Shown here piece after piece: positions 14,874-24,950 of a DNA stretch of 64,000 nt. Each line of letters opens with the position of its first letter. Position 1 is the stretch's first letter. This DNA comes from a virus. The notes below the pieces were generated by a model, which did not search any database, was not told the origin of the DNA, and saw nothing but the letters and a program-made list of their open reading frames with translations. The stretch spans positions 11,023 through 75,022 of the IMG/VR virus record IMGVR_UViG_3300032236_000765; one strand, written 5' to 3'. Made by a program: the position numbers and the translations under genes.

Positions 14874-15866
14874 TTATAGGTGTAATAGTACGTGTTTTAA
14901 ATAGTTCATCAGTGTGACTAATTTATTTTGGTCACCGTTTGCAATATCAGCGACGACTTTTTTCATGCCCTCACTTCTATCAGGTGAGTTAGAACGATAG
15001 CCACTACCTAAAGTGAAATTGCCGGTATCATCTGGGTAGTAATGACTTGCGGTCATATATAGCGCAGGTCTTAATCTTGACTTTAACTCAGCAGGCACTG
15101 ATGCAGGATCATCGATGAGTCTTTCTCTGATATCACTCAATTTTTTTAATATCTGTAGCTTAATTTCTACTTTATTGTAAGCATCATTCTTTAGGGCTAT
15201 ACCACTAACACCTTTAACATCAGCGATTGCTTGATCGACGTATTTTAAAAATAATGGACGTAATTTATTATATATTGCTTCTAGATTCGTACTCATACTA
15301 GCAGTTGGGTCTAGCATAGTAGGATTATCAATCCTTCTAGCGCGTTCACGTTCATCACGCTTTTTCTCGACTTCACCTCTTGAACTTCTGCCATAGCCAC
15401 CGGTACCTACAGAAGACCAATACCCCATGACTTTTCCTAAGTCTTCTTTCATATCACCTACTAGTGCGTTGATACTACTTGAACGGAGTTTGCGAATTCC
15501 GTTACCGGTCGCAACCATTGCACGCCATTCAGAACCATCCCATTTTATTGCAGCGGTTCCTCTACTACCAGCAATCAACACATAGTTAGGAGAACGCTCT
15601 TTAATATCCTTCCATGTTATTTTAGTTTCAGGCTTCCATTGTACATTATCCGGAATAGAAAGTTCACTATGGACATGTTGAATGAGCAAATCTGCATATG
15701 GGCTATTACGAACAGTCGAACTGATTGATGAGTCCTCATCTAGAATCTCATGCAAAACGTGGGATATAGCCTTATGAAACATCTTACGTGCCGGATCATT
15801 GTTAGAACGTCTTGACGGTTGTAATGGTATGAATCTATTTTCTTTAAGTAGGTCTGATCTTCTCAT
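14874..15866 (-). CDS. Hypothetical putative head protein
   Basis: Start reassigned to MRRSDLLKE (15866), just after the dps stop. Confidence 0.6.
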   Translation of the reverse strand: MRRSDLLKENRFIPLQPSRRSNNDPARKMFHKAISHVLHEILDEDSSISSTVRNSPYADLLIQHVHSELSIPDNVQWKPETKITWKDIKERSPNYVLIAGSRGTAAIKWDGSEWRAMVATGNGIRKLRSSSINALVGDMKEDLGKVMGYWSSVGTGGYGRSSRGEVEKKRDERERARRIDNPTMLDPTASMSTNLEAIYNKLRPLFLKYVDQAIADVKGVSGIALKNDAYNKVEIKLQILKKLSDIRERLIDDPASVPAELKSRLRPALYMTASHYYPDDTGNFTLGSGYRSNSPDRSEGMKKVVADIANGDQNKLVTLMNYLKHVLLHL

Positions 15867-15868
15867 TA

Positions 15869-16312
15869 TTATGCTCTTGTTGTCTTTAGAATGCTTCTGA
15901 GCATCCAATTGTGTTTGCCGTGAGCATCAATACGCTCTGCAATAAAGTTAGCGATTCCCTGTTCATCTGCTTCTTCTGCGACATGAAAAGCCTGTTTCCA
16001 CATATGCAAAATCTTTAGATTATCATCGTATAGTTCTTGCATCATGAGTTCAGCACGAGGAACTTTAAGTTGATCTTCAACATGACTTAGTTCTGAGAGA
16101 CGGGCGAGACTGCCTGGAGTATATACATCAAGTTGACGAATTATCTCAGCAGTACGATCAATTGTATTTCCGTAAACTTCTTCATAAAGATTACCTAAAA
16201 ATTCATGGTATTGAGGGAAATCCGGGCCTTCGACATTCCAATGGAAATATTGCGTCTTAATTGAAAACGCATATACGGTGGCCAACATTGTCTTAAGAGT
16301 ATCTGCTAACAT
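15869..16312 (-). CDS. dps: Dps / ferritin-like DNA protection protein
   Basis: KTQYFHWNVEGPDFPQYHEFLGNLYEE...DRTAEIIR...HGKHNWML. Confidence 0.92.
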   Translation of the reverse strand: MLADTLKTMLATVYAFSIKTQYFHWNVEGPDFPQYHEFLGNLYEEVYGNTIDRTAEIIRQLDVYTPGSLARLSELSHVEDQLKVPRAELMMQELYDDNLKILHMWKQAFHVAEEADEQGIANFIAERIDAHGKHNWMLRSILKTTRA

Positions 16313-16329
16313 TTAAAATATCCTATGAA

Positions 16330-16698
16330 CTATTTATCGTTTTTACTATTATTTGGTTTCTTATTTTTATACAGATGTCTTAATATAACCGAATCAGTAT
16401 CTTCGTAAGTCATTGCAGTTATTCTACGAGGACCCTTGCGTTTGAACATACCGTACTCTTGTTCATAAGTAGTTGGTCCGCCGACCATAGAACCACCGCT
16501 ATTACCAGCAGAGCCACCTCCCTGGCCAGTACTAGCGGTTTCTACGATACCTTCTGCTTGCAACTCACGCATAGCTTGCACTAACGGATGCACAAAAGGT
16601 TCGGGTTCAGTGATTTCTTCCGCAATGGAGTCTGATGCTTCTAGCATCCTCATTTTCTCTATGAGTGTGCTAATTTCATCCACATACATTTTTGCCAC
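16330..16698 (-). CDS. Hypothetical modular protein
   Basis: In-operon ORF with LxE/IxE sites. Confidence 0.55.
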   Translation of the reverse strand: MAKMYVDEISTLIEKMRMLEASDSIAEEITEPEPFVHPLVQAMRELQAEGIVETASTGQGGGSAGNSGGSMVGGPTTYEQEYGMFKRKGPRRITAMTYEDTDSVILRHLYKNKKPNNSKNDK

Positions 16699-16729
16699 TT
16701 TTCCCTAATAAACCTTACTATCTCAAAAA

Positions 16730-19186
16730 TTATTTTTTCTTTTTGGTTACAAAGTCAGCAAGAGCCTTTGTGAATGTTGCGAGTGTCATACCGCCGGCGC
16801 CAACAAATGCACCTGCTGCTACCAACCCTTGAAAAAATTGAAACCATTCGTCAGGTCTCATATAAGGTATAAGCTGGGTCCAAGGAATTGATTCATCTAA
16901 CATTTCTTCATTAGTTGTACCAGCCATCTTTGGCTTGAACTTGCGATATGATTGACCTGCATTTCCACCTTGACCCATACCGCTTGCATAAGCAGTGTCT
17001 TCAAATGTTCTGCGATCTCTCCAACCACCTGGTTGAGTTCCTACCGGTCCTGAAGTGTCTGGCATCTCTCGCATGACACCTCTATTTGTGCGTGACATTG
17101 AACTGTTGTATGAACCTTTTGTGGGAATGCGTGAAGGTTTATAATTCATATTTTCAGCGACTTTTTTCGTTTTTAAACTATTTGCATACTTTAGTATTTC
17201 ATCTATTACACCGACTACTTTTTTTAATGGTACCTTTGACGCAAAAACTGTCTGTATGAATTTCATTACATTAGGATTTTTGCTTTTAACGGCTGCTTCC
17301 ATCACATACTGCTTCATTGAACTTCTAGATATAGAATATTCTTCATTCAAGCCTATTGCATTGCCTAATGTATTCTTTATAAATTTCAATAAGTTTATGA
17401 AGTTGTCTCCTTGACCCAAGGCTATGATTGCTGAAGCTGCAACAGCTCCCAATACTGGAGTTACTTTTTCTTTTATAAAGTTTTTAAGTTTTTCCCCTGT
17501 GCTAAAATCTGTCTTATCAGGATGAAACTCTCCGTATTCTCTCAATCTAGCTTCTTTCACTTTATTCTTTATTTGTCCACGACGCTGGACCCCTGAATTC
17601 ATAGTAGACTTCGTGGATTTGGGATTCTTACTTTCTCTATACATTGTGTTAGTCTCTTTCCTTCTAATTGTTTTTCTACTGTCAGATCGGGATTCAAACT
17701 GATCAGTTCCTGGTATAGGGTGAACGATTGGATGGCATCCCTGCCAATACTCATGATCAAGTGCAGGTGTCCATGCCATGAATTGAGCAGTGTCACCCTC
17801 TGTGCATTGCCTGCTTCTCCAGCCCATTTGACTTGATACTCTTTTGACTAATAATTGATAAAGTTTTCGTCTGCTTTCACCGCTACCTGTAAATGTAACC
17901 CAGGTAGTATTAGAATTTTTAACAAAGTTAACAACATGGTGCATCACTGTGGCCAATACTTGAGCAGCCGCAGGCCCTAGATCACCTGTTAGATCATATT
18001 CACTCTCATTATCATTTACCCAGCGACTAAAACTTATTATTAGACCATGATTTTTATGTTGTTTAATAAAGCTAGCCATACGTGTTGGAGAAATTATTTC
18101 GTCATAATAATATATGTTACGGTTATTACTATATAGAATTGCTAGTTCATAATCATGAACTACTTCTTTACCGGTGTTAGGATCAGTTACAGTTATTGCA
18201 AAATCTCCTTGTTGACCGTCTCTGAAACGGGTCCATTTGATCGGCAAAGGTTTGTCAAACAATTCGTTCAGTTGGTTTTCTTTTACATGCTTAGGCTTTT
18301 GGTGATGTTTTTTCATATTGATAGCGATTGCAGCTTGTTGTGCTGCATTTGCTGCTTCTTTTACACTCTCACTCTTAGTGCCCCAGTTCTTTGCACCCTT
18401 CTTACGGCATTGAACTAACGCACCACTAGCATATGCGCTTGGCCATACCTTGTAGCGACTTTTGACTTTGTAGTAGCAGGCATCTTGCTTCTCATTGATC
18501 ATCGATTCAGGATACATACTGCCACCACATTCTGGACATTTCTGTCTATCTTCATTTTTCTTTCGGCCAGCACAATGTGCTTTCTGACTGAAGCCTTTTG
18601 GGTGTGAGCAATCAATACTACGCTTGTATTTTTCACTCCATTTTTCTTCTAACTCTTGTCCTTCATTTTTTACACAGTTAGGAACAGTCTTGCCGAACAT
18701 CTTCTTGTTACCCTCTTTGTGATAACCCTTCCAGCAATTCTCATCCATCTGTTCTTCATTAGTCTTTTTCTTGGTAGCAACATTCTTTGCTGCACCGCGA
18801 CGATCAGGATTTGGGTCTTCTCTGCGCTTCTTACTAGCAGCATATTTGCGACCCTTCTTACCTAAGTTCTGTGCTTTCTTTTGCGGCAAGCATTTTGGTT
18901 TACCTTCACTGTCACTACCCCTTGCACAAGCACCACGAATCTTTCCGTCTGGGCCAAAACGAACCCACTTCTCTTTGAACCACTTGTGAAGATTTTCGTC
19001 TAGTTCGACCTCTTCATGTGTTTCAGTTCTGAGTTCGATTTCTTTTCTTGGAAATTTTTTCTTCATCTGTCTAAGAGCATCTTCTGCTTCTTTAGGATCG
19101 ACATATTTTGTTGCAGCTACACCGTCGATATACAGAACAAGTACCTGCTCAGATTCGTCAACAATGCCTTTCATGATACTTGACAT
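16730..19186 (-). CDS. Modular polyprotein-like putative internal head protein (818 aa)
   Basis: Series of short basic Cys-containing modules separated by LDE/MDE/LEE/INE/VKE/LNE. Confidence 0.65.
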   Translation of the reverse strand: MSSIMKGIVDESEQVLVLYIDGVAATKYVDPKEAEDALRQMKKKFPRKEIELRTETHEEVELDENLHKWFKEKWVRFGPDGKIRGACARGSDSEGKPKCLPQKKAQNLGKKGRKYAASKKRREDPNPDRRGAAKNVATKKKTNEEQMDENCWKGYHKEGNKKMFGKTVPNCVKNEGQELEEKWSEKYKRSIDCSHPKGFSQKAHCAGRKKNEDRQKCPECGGSMYPESMINEKQDACYYKVKSRYKVWPSAYASGALVQCRKKGAKNWGTKSESVKEAANAAQQAAIAINMKKHHQKPKHVKENQLNELFDKPLPIKWTRFRDGQQGDFAITVTDPNTGKEVVHDYELAILYSNNRNIYYYDEIISPTRMASFIKQHKNHGLIISFSRWVNDNESEYDLTGDLGPAAAQVLATVMHHVVNFVKNSNTTWVTFTGSGESRRKLYQLLVKRVSSQMGWRSRQCTEGDTAQFMAWTPALDHEYWQGCHPIVHPIPGTDQFESRSDSRKTIRRKETNTMYRESKNPKSTKSTMNSGVQRRGQIKNKVKEARLREYGEFHPDKTDFSTGEKLKNFIKEKVTPVLGAVAASAIIALGQGDNFINLLKFIKNTLGNAIGLNEEYSISRSSMKQYVMEAAVKSKNPNVMKFIQTVFASKVPLKKVVGVIDEILKYANSLKTKKVAENMNYKPSRIPTKGSYNSSMSRTNRGVMREMPDTSGPVGTQPGGWRDRRTFEDTAYASGMGQGGNAGQSYRKFKPKMAGTTNEEMLDESIPWTQLIPYMRPDEWFQFFQGLVAAGAFVGAGGMTLATFTKALADFVTKKKK

Positions 19187-20347
19187 TTATCTGTTCCTTA
19201 ATCTGCGGTAGTTCTTATTATATAATTGTGCTTCATTTAACATTTTATTCCAAAAACGTTTTAAGCTTTCAGCAGTGAATGATGGATAATCATCACCGTA
19301 CATTACTTTCGTGTCTCTAGCTATAAAAGTCTTTATTTGACGTAGAACCGCATCCTCATCACCGCGCATACGAATCAAAAGTTGTAGTGTTAAAATAGGA
19401 TCAAGAGGAACTGGGGCTTCGTTACGAATATAATAGTAAAGATTTGGAGCAAATTCTTTTATTTGTTGATAAGCATCATCATGCTCGGAAGTGATAAATC
19501 CACCGGTTTGGTTCACGTTTGTGTTAGTATCACTGATTCTATGAGAATGACTTTCACCTACACCGCCACCTGCGATTACACCTTCATGTGCATTATTATT
19601 TTCTTGTGCACTGATGAGATATTCAGTGACTCCGGTCATCATACCCTTGATCTGCCCGATCTTTTCTGAGACCCATTCAGGAAAATGATCACTGTTCTCT
19701 AATCTATTATGTAGCTCTTTGGCATTGCGAGCGATAGTTCTTAGGCTATTCTTTAGAGTCTCACCCTCGCGGTCTGATTTATCTGGGTCAAATGAATGGA
19801 AGCCAGTCTTTAATCTACGACCTTGTCCTGGTACAAGAATCAATTCGTCTTCTTCTAGACGAGCTTCATGTACTTCTTTTTTGATTTCACACTTACTATT
19901 AGGATGCTTATTCTGCATGATTGTTACTTGATCTTGTGCATCTTTTATATTCACGGACTTAGTTACTGGCTTACCATTAATATAGACAACATAAACTTGT
20001 TCGCTCTCTTTCAAGCGTTGAGCTTCATGTACTTCTTTTTTGATTTCATACTTACGGTCAGGATGCTCTTTCCTCATTATAGAAATCTGTTCTTGTGCAT
20101 CTTTTTCAGTCGTAGATTTAGTTGCTGGTTTACCATTAATATATATTACGTGAACCTCTTCGCTTTCTTTCAAGCTATTAACAAACGGCTTACTTGTCTT
20201 CTTACCGGTAAATAGATTACCGACTTTCTTACCACTGTACACACCTTTACCCACAGCAGAACGCTTCATTGGTCCTCCGTTCATAGGAGCTGCTACAGTA
20301 GCGACACTACCGGATGTTGTTGACTCACAGATTTCAGTAATTCTCAT
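19187..20347 (-). CDS. Modular putative internal head protein with tandem repeat
   Basis: Leader MRITEICE; duplicated 53-aa V-x-Y-I-N-G-K-P module. Confidence 0.65.
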   Translation of the reverse strand: MRITEICESTTSGSVATVAAPMNGGPMKRSAVGKGVYSGKKVGNLFTGKKTSKPFVNSLKESEEVHVIYINGKPATKSTTEKDAQEQISIMRKEHPDRKYEIKKEVHEAQRLKESEQVYVVYINGKPVTKSVNIKDAQDQVTIMQNKHPNSKCEIKKEVHEARLEEDELILVPGQGRRLKTGFHSFDPDKSDREGETLKNSLRTIARNAKELHNRLENSDHFPEWVSEKIGQIKGMMTGVTEYLISAQENNNAHEGVIAGGGVGESHSHRISDTNTNVNQTGGFITSEHDDAYQQIKEFAPNLYYYIRNEAPVPLDPILTLQLLIRMRGDEDAVLRQIKTFIARDTKVMYGDDYPSFTAESLKRFWNKMLNEAQLYNKNYRRLRNR

Positions 20348-20397
20348 AAATAATCATCCATTTATTTTATATAGAGTATTTATCTCAACAAATAAAA

Positions 20398-20421
20398 AGA
20401 GGTCCCATTTCTGGGACCTCT
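20398..20421 (-). terminator. Intrinsic terminator
   Basis: AGAGGTCCC/GGGACCTCT stem plus T-tract on minus strand. Confidence 0.7.
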
Positions 20422-20446
20422 GGATGTTTCAAAAAGAAACTTCCTT

Positions 20447-21352
20447 TTATTGAGCAGAACCTTCAGGTGGTTGATTTTCTGCTGCTGCCTTAGCTGCTTG
20501 AGCTTCAACATACATCGGACCAACAGTGCTGAGAAGATGCTCTTGATTCTCCATGCAGAACACATAAGAACCGGAGTGACGTAGAAGAACACGCTTATCG
20601 ATCCAAATCTTACCACCAAGGTCACGCCAGTTTTCACAGAACGTCCAGTCTTCTGAGTAATAACGATTCTGACGAACTGCTGTGTCGAAGTAAGTCTTCA
20701 AGTATTGATCGTACTTCGGATCAAGACCAATGTCGTTCTTGTACTGCTTGACTGCTGGATGAGCATTCATCTTTTCAAAGACATGCTTCTTCATGAGAAG
20801 GAAGCCGGTGCCTGCCTTCGAAACTTCTTGAAGACCGTCTGGACCTTCTTCAGCACCATCAAAGCCGTTGACAACCCACTTGATCGGCATCGTCTTCATC
20901 GGATACAAACCACCGATAACATCAACGTCTCTATTCAAGAGAACTAGCAAGTGCCAGGGTTCCCAACCGATATCAGCGTCAACGAAGAACAAGTGTGTTG
21001 CTTCAGGCATGTCAAGGAACTTAGCGGTGAGCGTATTTCTAGCTCTGCTGATTAGTGATTCATTCACCATTGTTTCAAGAGTCCAATCAATGCCCAACTG
21101 ACGAGCAGTGTTTGCCCACTTGATGAAACTCATAAATGTAGATTCAGTCAACATACCGCCGTAGCAAGGCATTGCGATATGAACCTTAGTAGTACGTAGA
21201 TAGTCTACGTTAACTTGAACTTGGTTCTGCTGCGGTTGTTGTTCTTGTGCTTCCTGTTCATTGATTTCTTGAACAGCCTCTTGCACTGCTTCGACTGGGA
21301 TAGTTGCTTCTTCAGTTGAAGCAGTAGTATTCTTTGATTTCTTAGTTGCCAT
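20447..21352 (-). CDS. GT-A fold glycosyltransferase-like protein
   Basis: HIAMPCYGG, ESLISRARN, FFVDADI (DxD), GTGFLL, SEDWTFC. Confidence 0.75.
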   Translation of the reverse strand: MATKKSKNTTASTEEATIPVEAVQEAVQEINEQEAQEQQPQQNQVQVNVDYLRTTKVHIAMPCYGGMLTESTFMSFIKWANTARQLGIDWTLETMVNESLISRARNTLTAKFLDMPEATHLFFVDADIGWEPWHLLVLLNRDVDVIGGLYPMKTMPIKWVVNGFDGAEEGPDGLQEVSKAGTGFLLMKKHVFEKMNAHPAVKQYKNDIGLDPKYDQYLKTYFDTAVRQNRYYSEDWTFCENWRDLGGKIWIDKRVLLRHSGSYVFCMENQEHLLSTVGPMYVEAQAAKAAAENQPPEGSAQ

Positions 21353-21414
21353 ACAGTCCTCTTTTTGTGTAAACTAACTAGTAGTAATATTTACACGGAA
21401 GAAGGGTAGTGGAA

Positions 21415-24400
21415 TTATTTTTCTTCTAAGTAATCTGTATTTTCGGATAATTTTTTAGTTACTTGTTTCTTTATCCATTTATCCGGAATCATATGATGCT
21501 TCTTAACAAAATCATCATGCAGTTTGTCACCAGTCAAGTGGTATTCTTTGCAGATCAATTGCATCATCTTATCGATCTTATCATAATTGAGCTTTATACC
21601 TCGATCTTTAGCTTTCAATAATGCTTTCTCTAGTTGTTCAACACTACCGGATTTTTCTTTACCAGTAACATGTGTTGGCTTCATCTTACCTTTTAGTTTA
21701 ACTTTCGCTTCACTTAGTAATCTGACAAACTTAGCTTTTTGCCTTAGAGTAGCTTCTCCCAGCAGAGGTTTAATACGATCAATGAACTCTTTGATTTCTT
21801 GTTGCTTCATACCTGCTGCGGCAGTATTCATCAATGTCTTGACCCAGTCGATACCTAATTTTTTAGTGTCAAATGCCTTTGACCATAGATTTAATTTATC
21901 ATGTTCACTGGCATTTGGATCCTTCAGAATATCACGGAGCATAGTGAAACTAATACCAGTACCACCTTTGTCTGCTTCACGTTCTGTTCTGACAGTCTCG
22001 AAGTCTACTTGATCTTGTGTACCGCCATACTTAGCAACAGCTTCCGGATCCTTCATTCTCTTTGAGAGAGAATCCATCCACTTCTTCATGCTTTCGTAGC
22101 GATCACTTCCTACAAGAAGAATGATCTTATTGTAAGGACTGTTTTCTGGAATAACAAGTTCCTTTTCGATCTTCTTCATTGGAGTTCCACCTGGATTCCA
22201 TATCTGTATATTATTGCTATAGTCAGGATATAGCTTACGAAGTGTCTTTAACTTCATATCAGGTGGAATAGGATCGTCTGGTCCAACTACAGGGCTAACA
22301 AAAATATAAGGGTCACCCTTTACACTATTTGCAAGAGCAATAGTTTGATTGATTAATTGTTGATGTCCTCTGTGACCAACAAAGCTACCGATAGTCACAA
22401 CAGCAGGTTTGGTACGATTGCTTGCTACTGTGCTGCTGGCTGTTTTCTTTGCAGCCATTTTATCTTTCATATCGCTGCTTGTTACTTTAACAAGCATACC
22501 GTTGGGTAGATTAATCACGAGACCTTCGATTATCTTACCTAACTGATCCTTGCCTTCTAGCCTTGGGCTATTGATAATAGCATCACTTAATTCTTTACGA
22601 GCGTGGGTTAAAATCTCTTTTGCTTTAGCCTTTTGTGCAGACTCACCGCGTGACTTCACAGCAGCTAGTAATGCATCAGCATTATTAACGATAGGATCTA
22701 CAATAGAACTCACATCTAGATCACGTTGCTTCAATTGATTATTAACAATCTTGATTTCTTTGGTGCTATCTCTTAACAATTCATATTTGATCTTAGCTGC
22801 GTCGGGTCTTGGTTCACCAGTGCTATAAGTTTTCACACTGAATGGAACCAAAGTCATGATCGTACCTAGCTTCTTTTGATCATATGGAATATTAACAAAT
22901 ACGATACCGTTATCAGATCGTTTACCCATAGGCATGAATAACATTTCTGCTTGTACGATAGTATCATTCGGTAATCGCTTGATGAAGTCAGAAGTCACGA
23001 TAGTCTTCAAGGCTTCGTCATATAATTTTGTGAAAGAAAGGCGCTCGGGGTCTTGCCCCATGCTACGGCCATATTTTTCAAAGTCGCCGTAATTCTCAGC
23101 ATACTTAGGATCAGTTACCTTTGAAGTCATGAAGAATGGCTTGCCTTGTTCATCCTTACCGAAACGAACGCCTGCACCGTCTACCTTGAGATTGATAGGA
23201 GCACCATCAAGTTTACCGCCCATACCTGCAATCTCTTGGCACATACGAATGAAGTCAGCATCCTTCATCTCAACACTGCTGCCTGGACTATAGATATGCG
23301 GAATTCCCTTGCGTTTATAATCAGGTGCAGCTTCGTCAAGTGCTCTCTTTGCCATATTCTTGACGATCTCATTAGTGTTTTCACTATCATCTGTCGATGT
23401 CATCTTGTATCCAGCATAATAATCCTTCATCATCTGATCAAGATTACTAGGCTTAGGCATCTTTAGCATATTAAACATATGATTGATAGCTGTAGTTTTT
23501 TCTGCTCGGTCTTTACCGGGGTTATTCTTATACATTCCCTGAGCACCTGGACCAACTACTTTCAACAAGAATGCATGTACAACGTGCTGTTTTTCTTCAG
23601 GTGAAAGTAGATGGTTCATTACATCAAGCAAGCCGGAGAATGACCAGAATTTATTTGATATCTCTCGTGCTTGCTTTGGGTCTAATCTCTTACCGAGAAT
23701 AGTTTGAAAAATCTTACCGATATCTTGAATATAACCCGAGGTCGGTGCTGCTCGCATGACTGGTTTACCATCTTTATATTCTGGTTTTCCAGTCATTCCA
23801 TCCATAACAGGTTCATACTTTGCTCTTAATCCACCGCCTTCTTTAGACGATACTGCAAAGCTATACATATTGTCTACTGTGAGTACATCTTCTTCTTTTC
23901 GTGCTTTACCACGACCGACCAACTTACGCAAGTAAAATTCTTGACGAGTCAAAGAGGTAAATGCTTGAATCAATAGTTTATGGAATACACCTTTGACTCC
24001 TGATTGCAAATCATCCCAAGATGAGCTATGGCTGAATCTTGCCCAATCAGTTGGTTTATTATTTACGAATTCTACAAACTCAAAGTCAATCTGAACTTTT
24101 ATAGGAGGATCCTGTAGTTCCCACAAAGAACTGAACTGTTCATTGCCGCGTTGAAATCCGCGAAGAATTGAAGGGCCGATCTGCTTATCTTCATTCTCGG
24201 TTAGGAATTCTCTTAATTCTAATTCTAATTCTTTGTCTACCATCGTATCCATATCGCCGACGGTTGGCTTCTTGGCTACGAATGTTTCGTCAGGAATACC
24301 CTTGACATTGAAGAAGTGCAAACTAGAACCACTCAGGAATTCTCCGCTACTTAATAATTCAGGACTCCATAATGGTTTTCTAAATTTTCTAGCAAATGCA

Positions 24401-24561
24401 GCATCAATGGACATGAGCAGGTTATTGAGAATAGGTACGATATATTTTCTATTCGTTACCTTAAGATCGAGGTGTTGCGCCTCATGGCCGCGAATAGCGA
24501 GATTGCCACCTTCTAGCAAACGACGTTTACGATTTTCTGCAATACCCCTTGAAGTCTTCAT
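21415..24561 (-). CDS. Multidomain enzyme: Pol-beta-like nucleotidyltransferase + ligase-like adenylation domain + HxGH nucleotidylyltransferase
   Basis: GSS...GDMD...QID; KVDG...AEML...EGLV...LVKV; GSFVGHRGH...VGSDR. Confidence 0.65.
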   Translation of the reverse strand: MKTSRGIAENRKRRLLEGGNLAIRGHEAQHLDLKVTNRKYIVPILNNLLMSIDAAFARKFRKPLWSPELLSSGEFLSGSSLHFFNVKGIPDETFVAKKPTVGDMDTMVDKELELELREFLTENEDKQIGPSILRGFQRGNEQFSSLWELQDPPIKVQIDFEFVEFVNNKPTDWARFSHSSSWDDLQSGVKGVFHKLLIQAFTSLTRQEFYLRKLVGRGKARKEEDVLTVDNMYSFAVSSKEGGGLRAKYEPVMDGMTGKPEYKDGKPVMRAAPTSGYIQDIGKIFQTILGKRLDPKQAREISNKFWSFSGLLDVMNHLLSPEEKQHVVHAFLLKVVGPGAQGMYKNNPGKDRAEKTTAINHMFNMLKMPKPSNLDQMMKDYYAGYKMTSTDDSENTNEIVKNMAKRALDEAAPDYKRKGIPHIYSPGSSVEMKDADFIRMCQEIAGMGGKLDGAPINLKVDGAGVRFGKDEQGKPFFMTSKVTDPKYAENYGDFEKYGRSMGQDPERLSFTKLYDEALKTIVTSDFIKRLPNDTIVQAEMLFMPMGKRSDNGIVFVNIPYDQKKLGTIMTLVPFSVKTYSTGEPRPDAAKIKYELLRDSTKEIKIVNNQLKQRDLDVSSIVDPIVNNADALLAAVKSRGESAQKAKAKEILTHARKELSDAIINSPRLEGKDQLGKIIEGLVINLPNGMLVKVTSSDMKDKMAAKKTASSTVASNRTKPAVVTIGSFVGHRGHQQLINQTIALANSVKGDPYIFVSPVVGPDDPIPPDMKLKTLRKLYPDYSNNIQIWNPGGTPMKKIEKELVIPENSPYNKIILLVGSDRYESMKKWMDSLSKRMKDPEAVAKYGGTQDQVDFETVRTEREADKGGTGISFTMLRDILKDPNASEHDKLNLWSKAFDTKKLGIDWVKTLMNTAAAGMKQQEIKEFIDRIKPLLGEATLRQKAKFVRLLSEAKVKLKGKMKPTHVTGKEKSGSVEQLEKALLKAKDRGIKLNYDKIDKMMQLICKEYHLTGDKLHDDFVKKHHMIPDKWIKKQVTKKLSENTDYLEEK

Positions 24562-24563
24562 GA

Positions 24564-24950
24564 TTAATAACTAAGCTTTACGTAATTAACTCCGCCGTTT
24601 TGGAAATCTACAATTTTAGCTCTCATATAAACGAAGTTACCTTCAATGTTGGTATACATTGAAGCATTGGATGCGATCTGTGGGGCAGAATTAGCAGGAG
24701 CATATGCATTAGCATCTAGCTCATATACTTTAAACCAATCAGTATCTGCTGGAGTAGTAGCTAATGTAGCTTCGATCACGATATTACCTACACAGCTTGT
24801 TAGACTGATGTTTACAGTCTGCAAGTCTCTGTTGCCTAGATAATATGCTGCGGCAGGTTGTGAATTACCTACGACTGTGTAGGGTGCACCGTTGCCTGGA
24901 TTATTATACGCTGTTTGCGGAAGAAGGATCAGAGTAGTACCTTGAGACAT
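24564..24950 (-). CDS. Hypothetical beta-rich virion protein
   Basis: GNFVYMRAKI C-terminal pattern; in operon. Confidence 0.6.
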   Translation of the reverse strand: MSQGTTLILLPQTAYNNPGNGAPYTVVGNSQPAAAYYLGNRDLQTVNISLTSCVGNIVIEATLATTPADTDWFKVYELDANAYAPANSAPQIASNASMYTNIEGNFVYMRAKIVDFQNGGVNYVKLSY

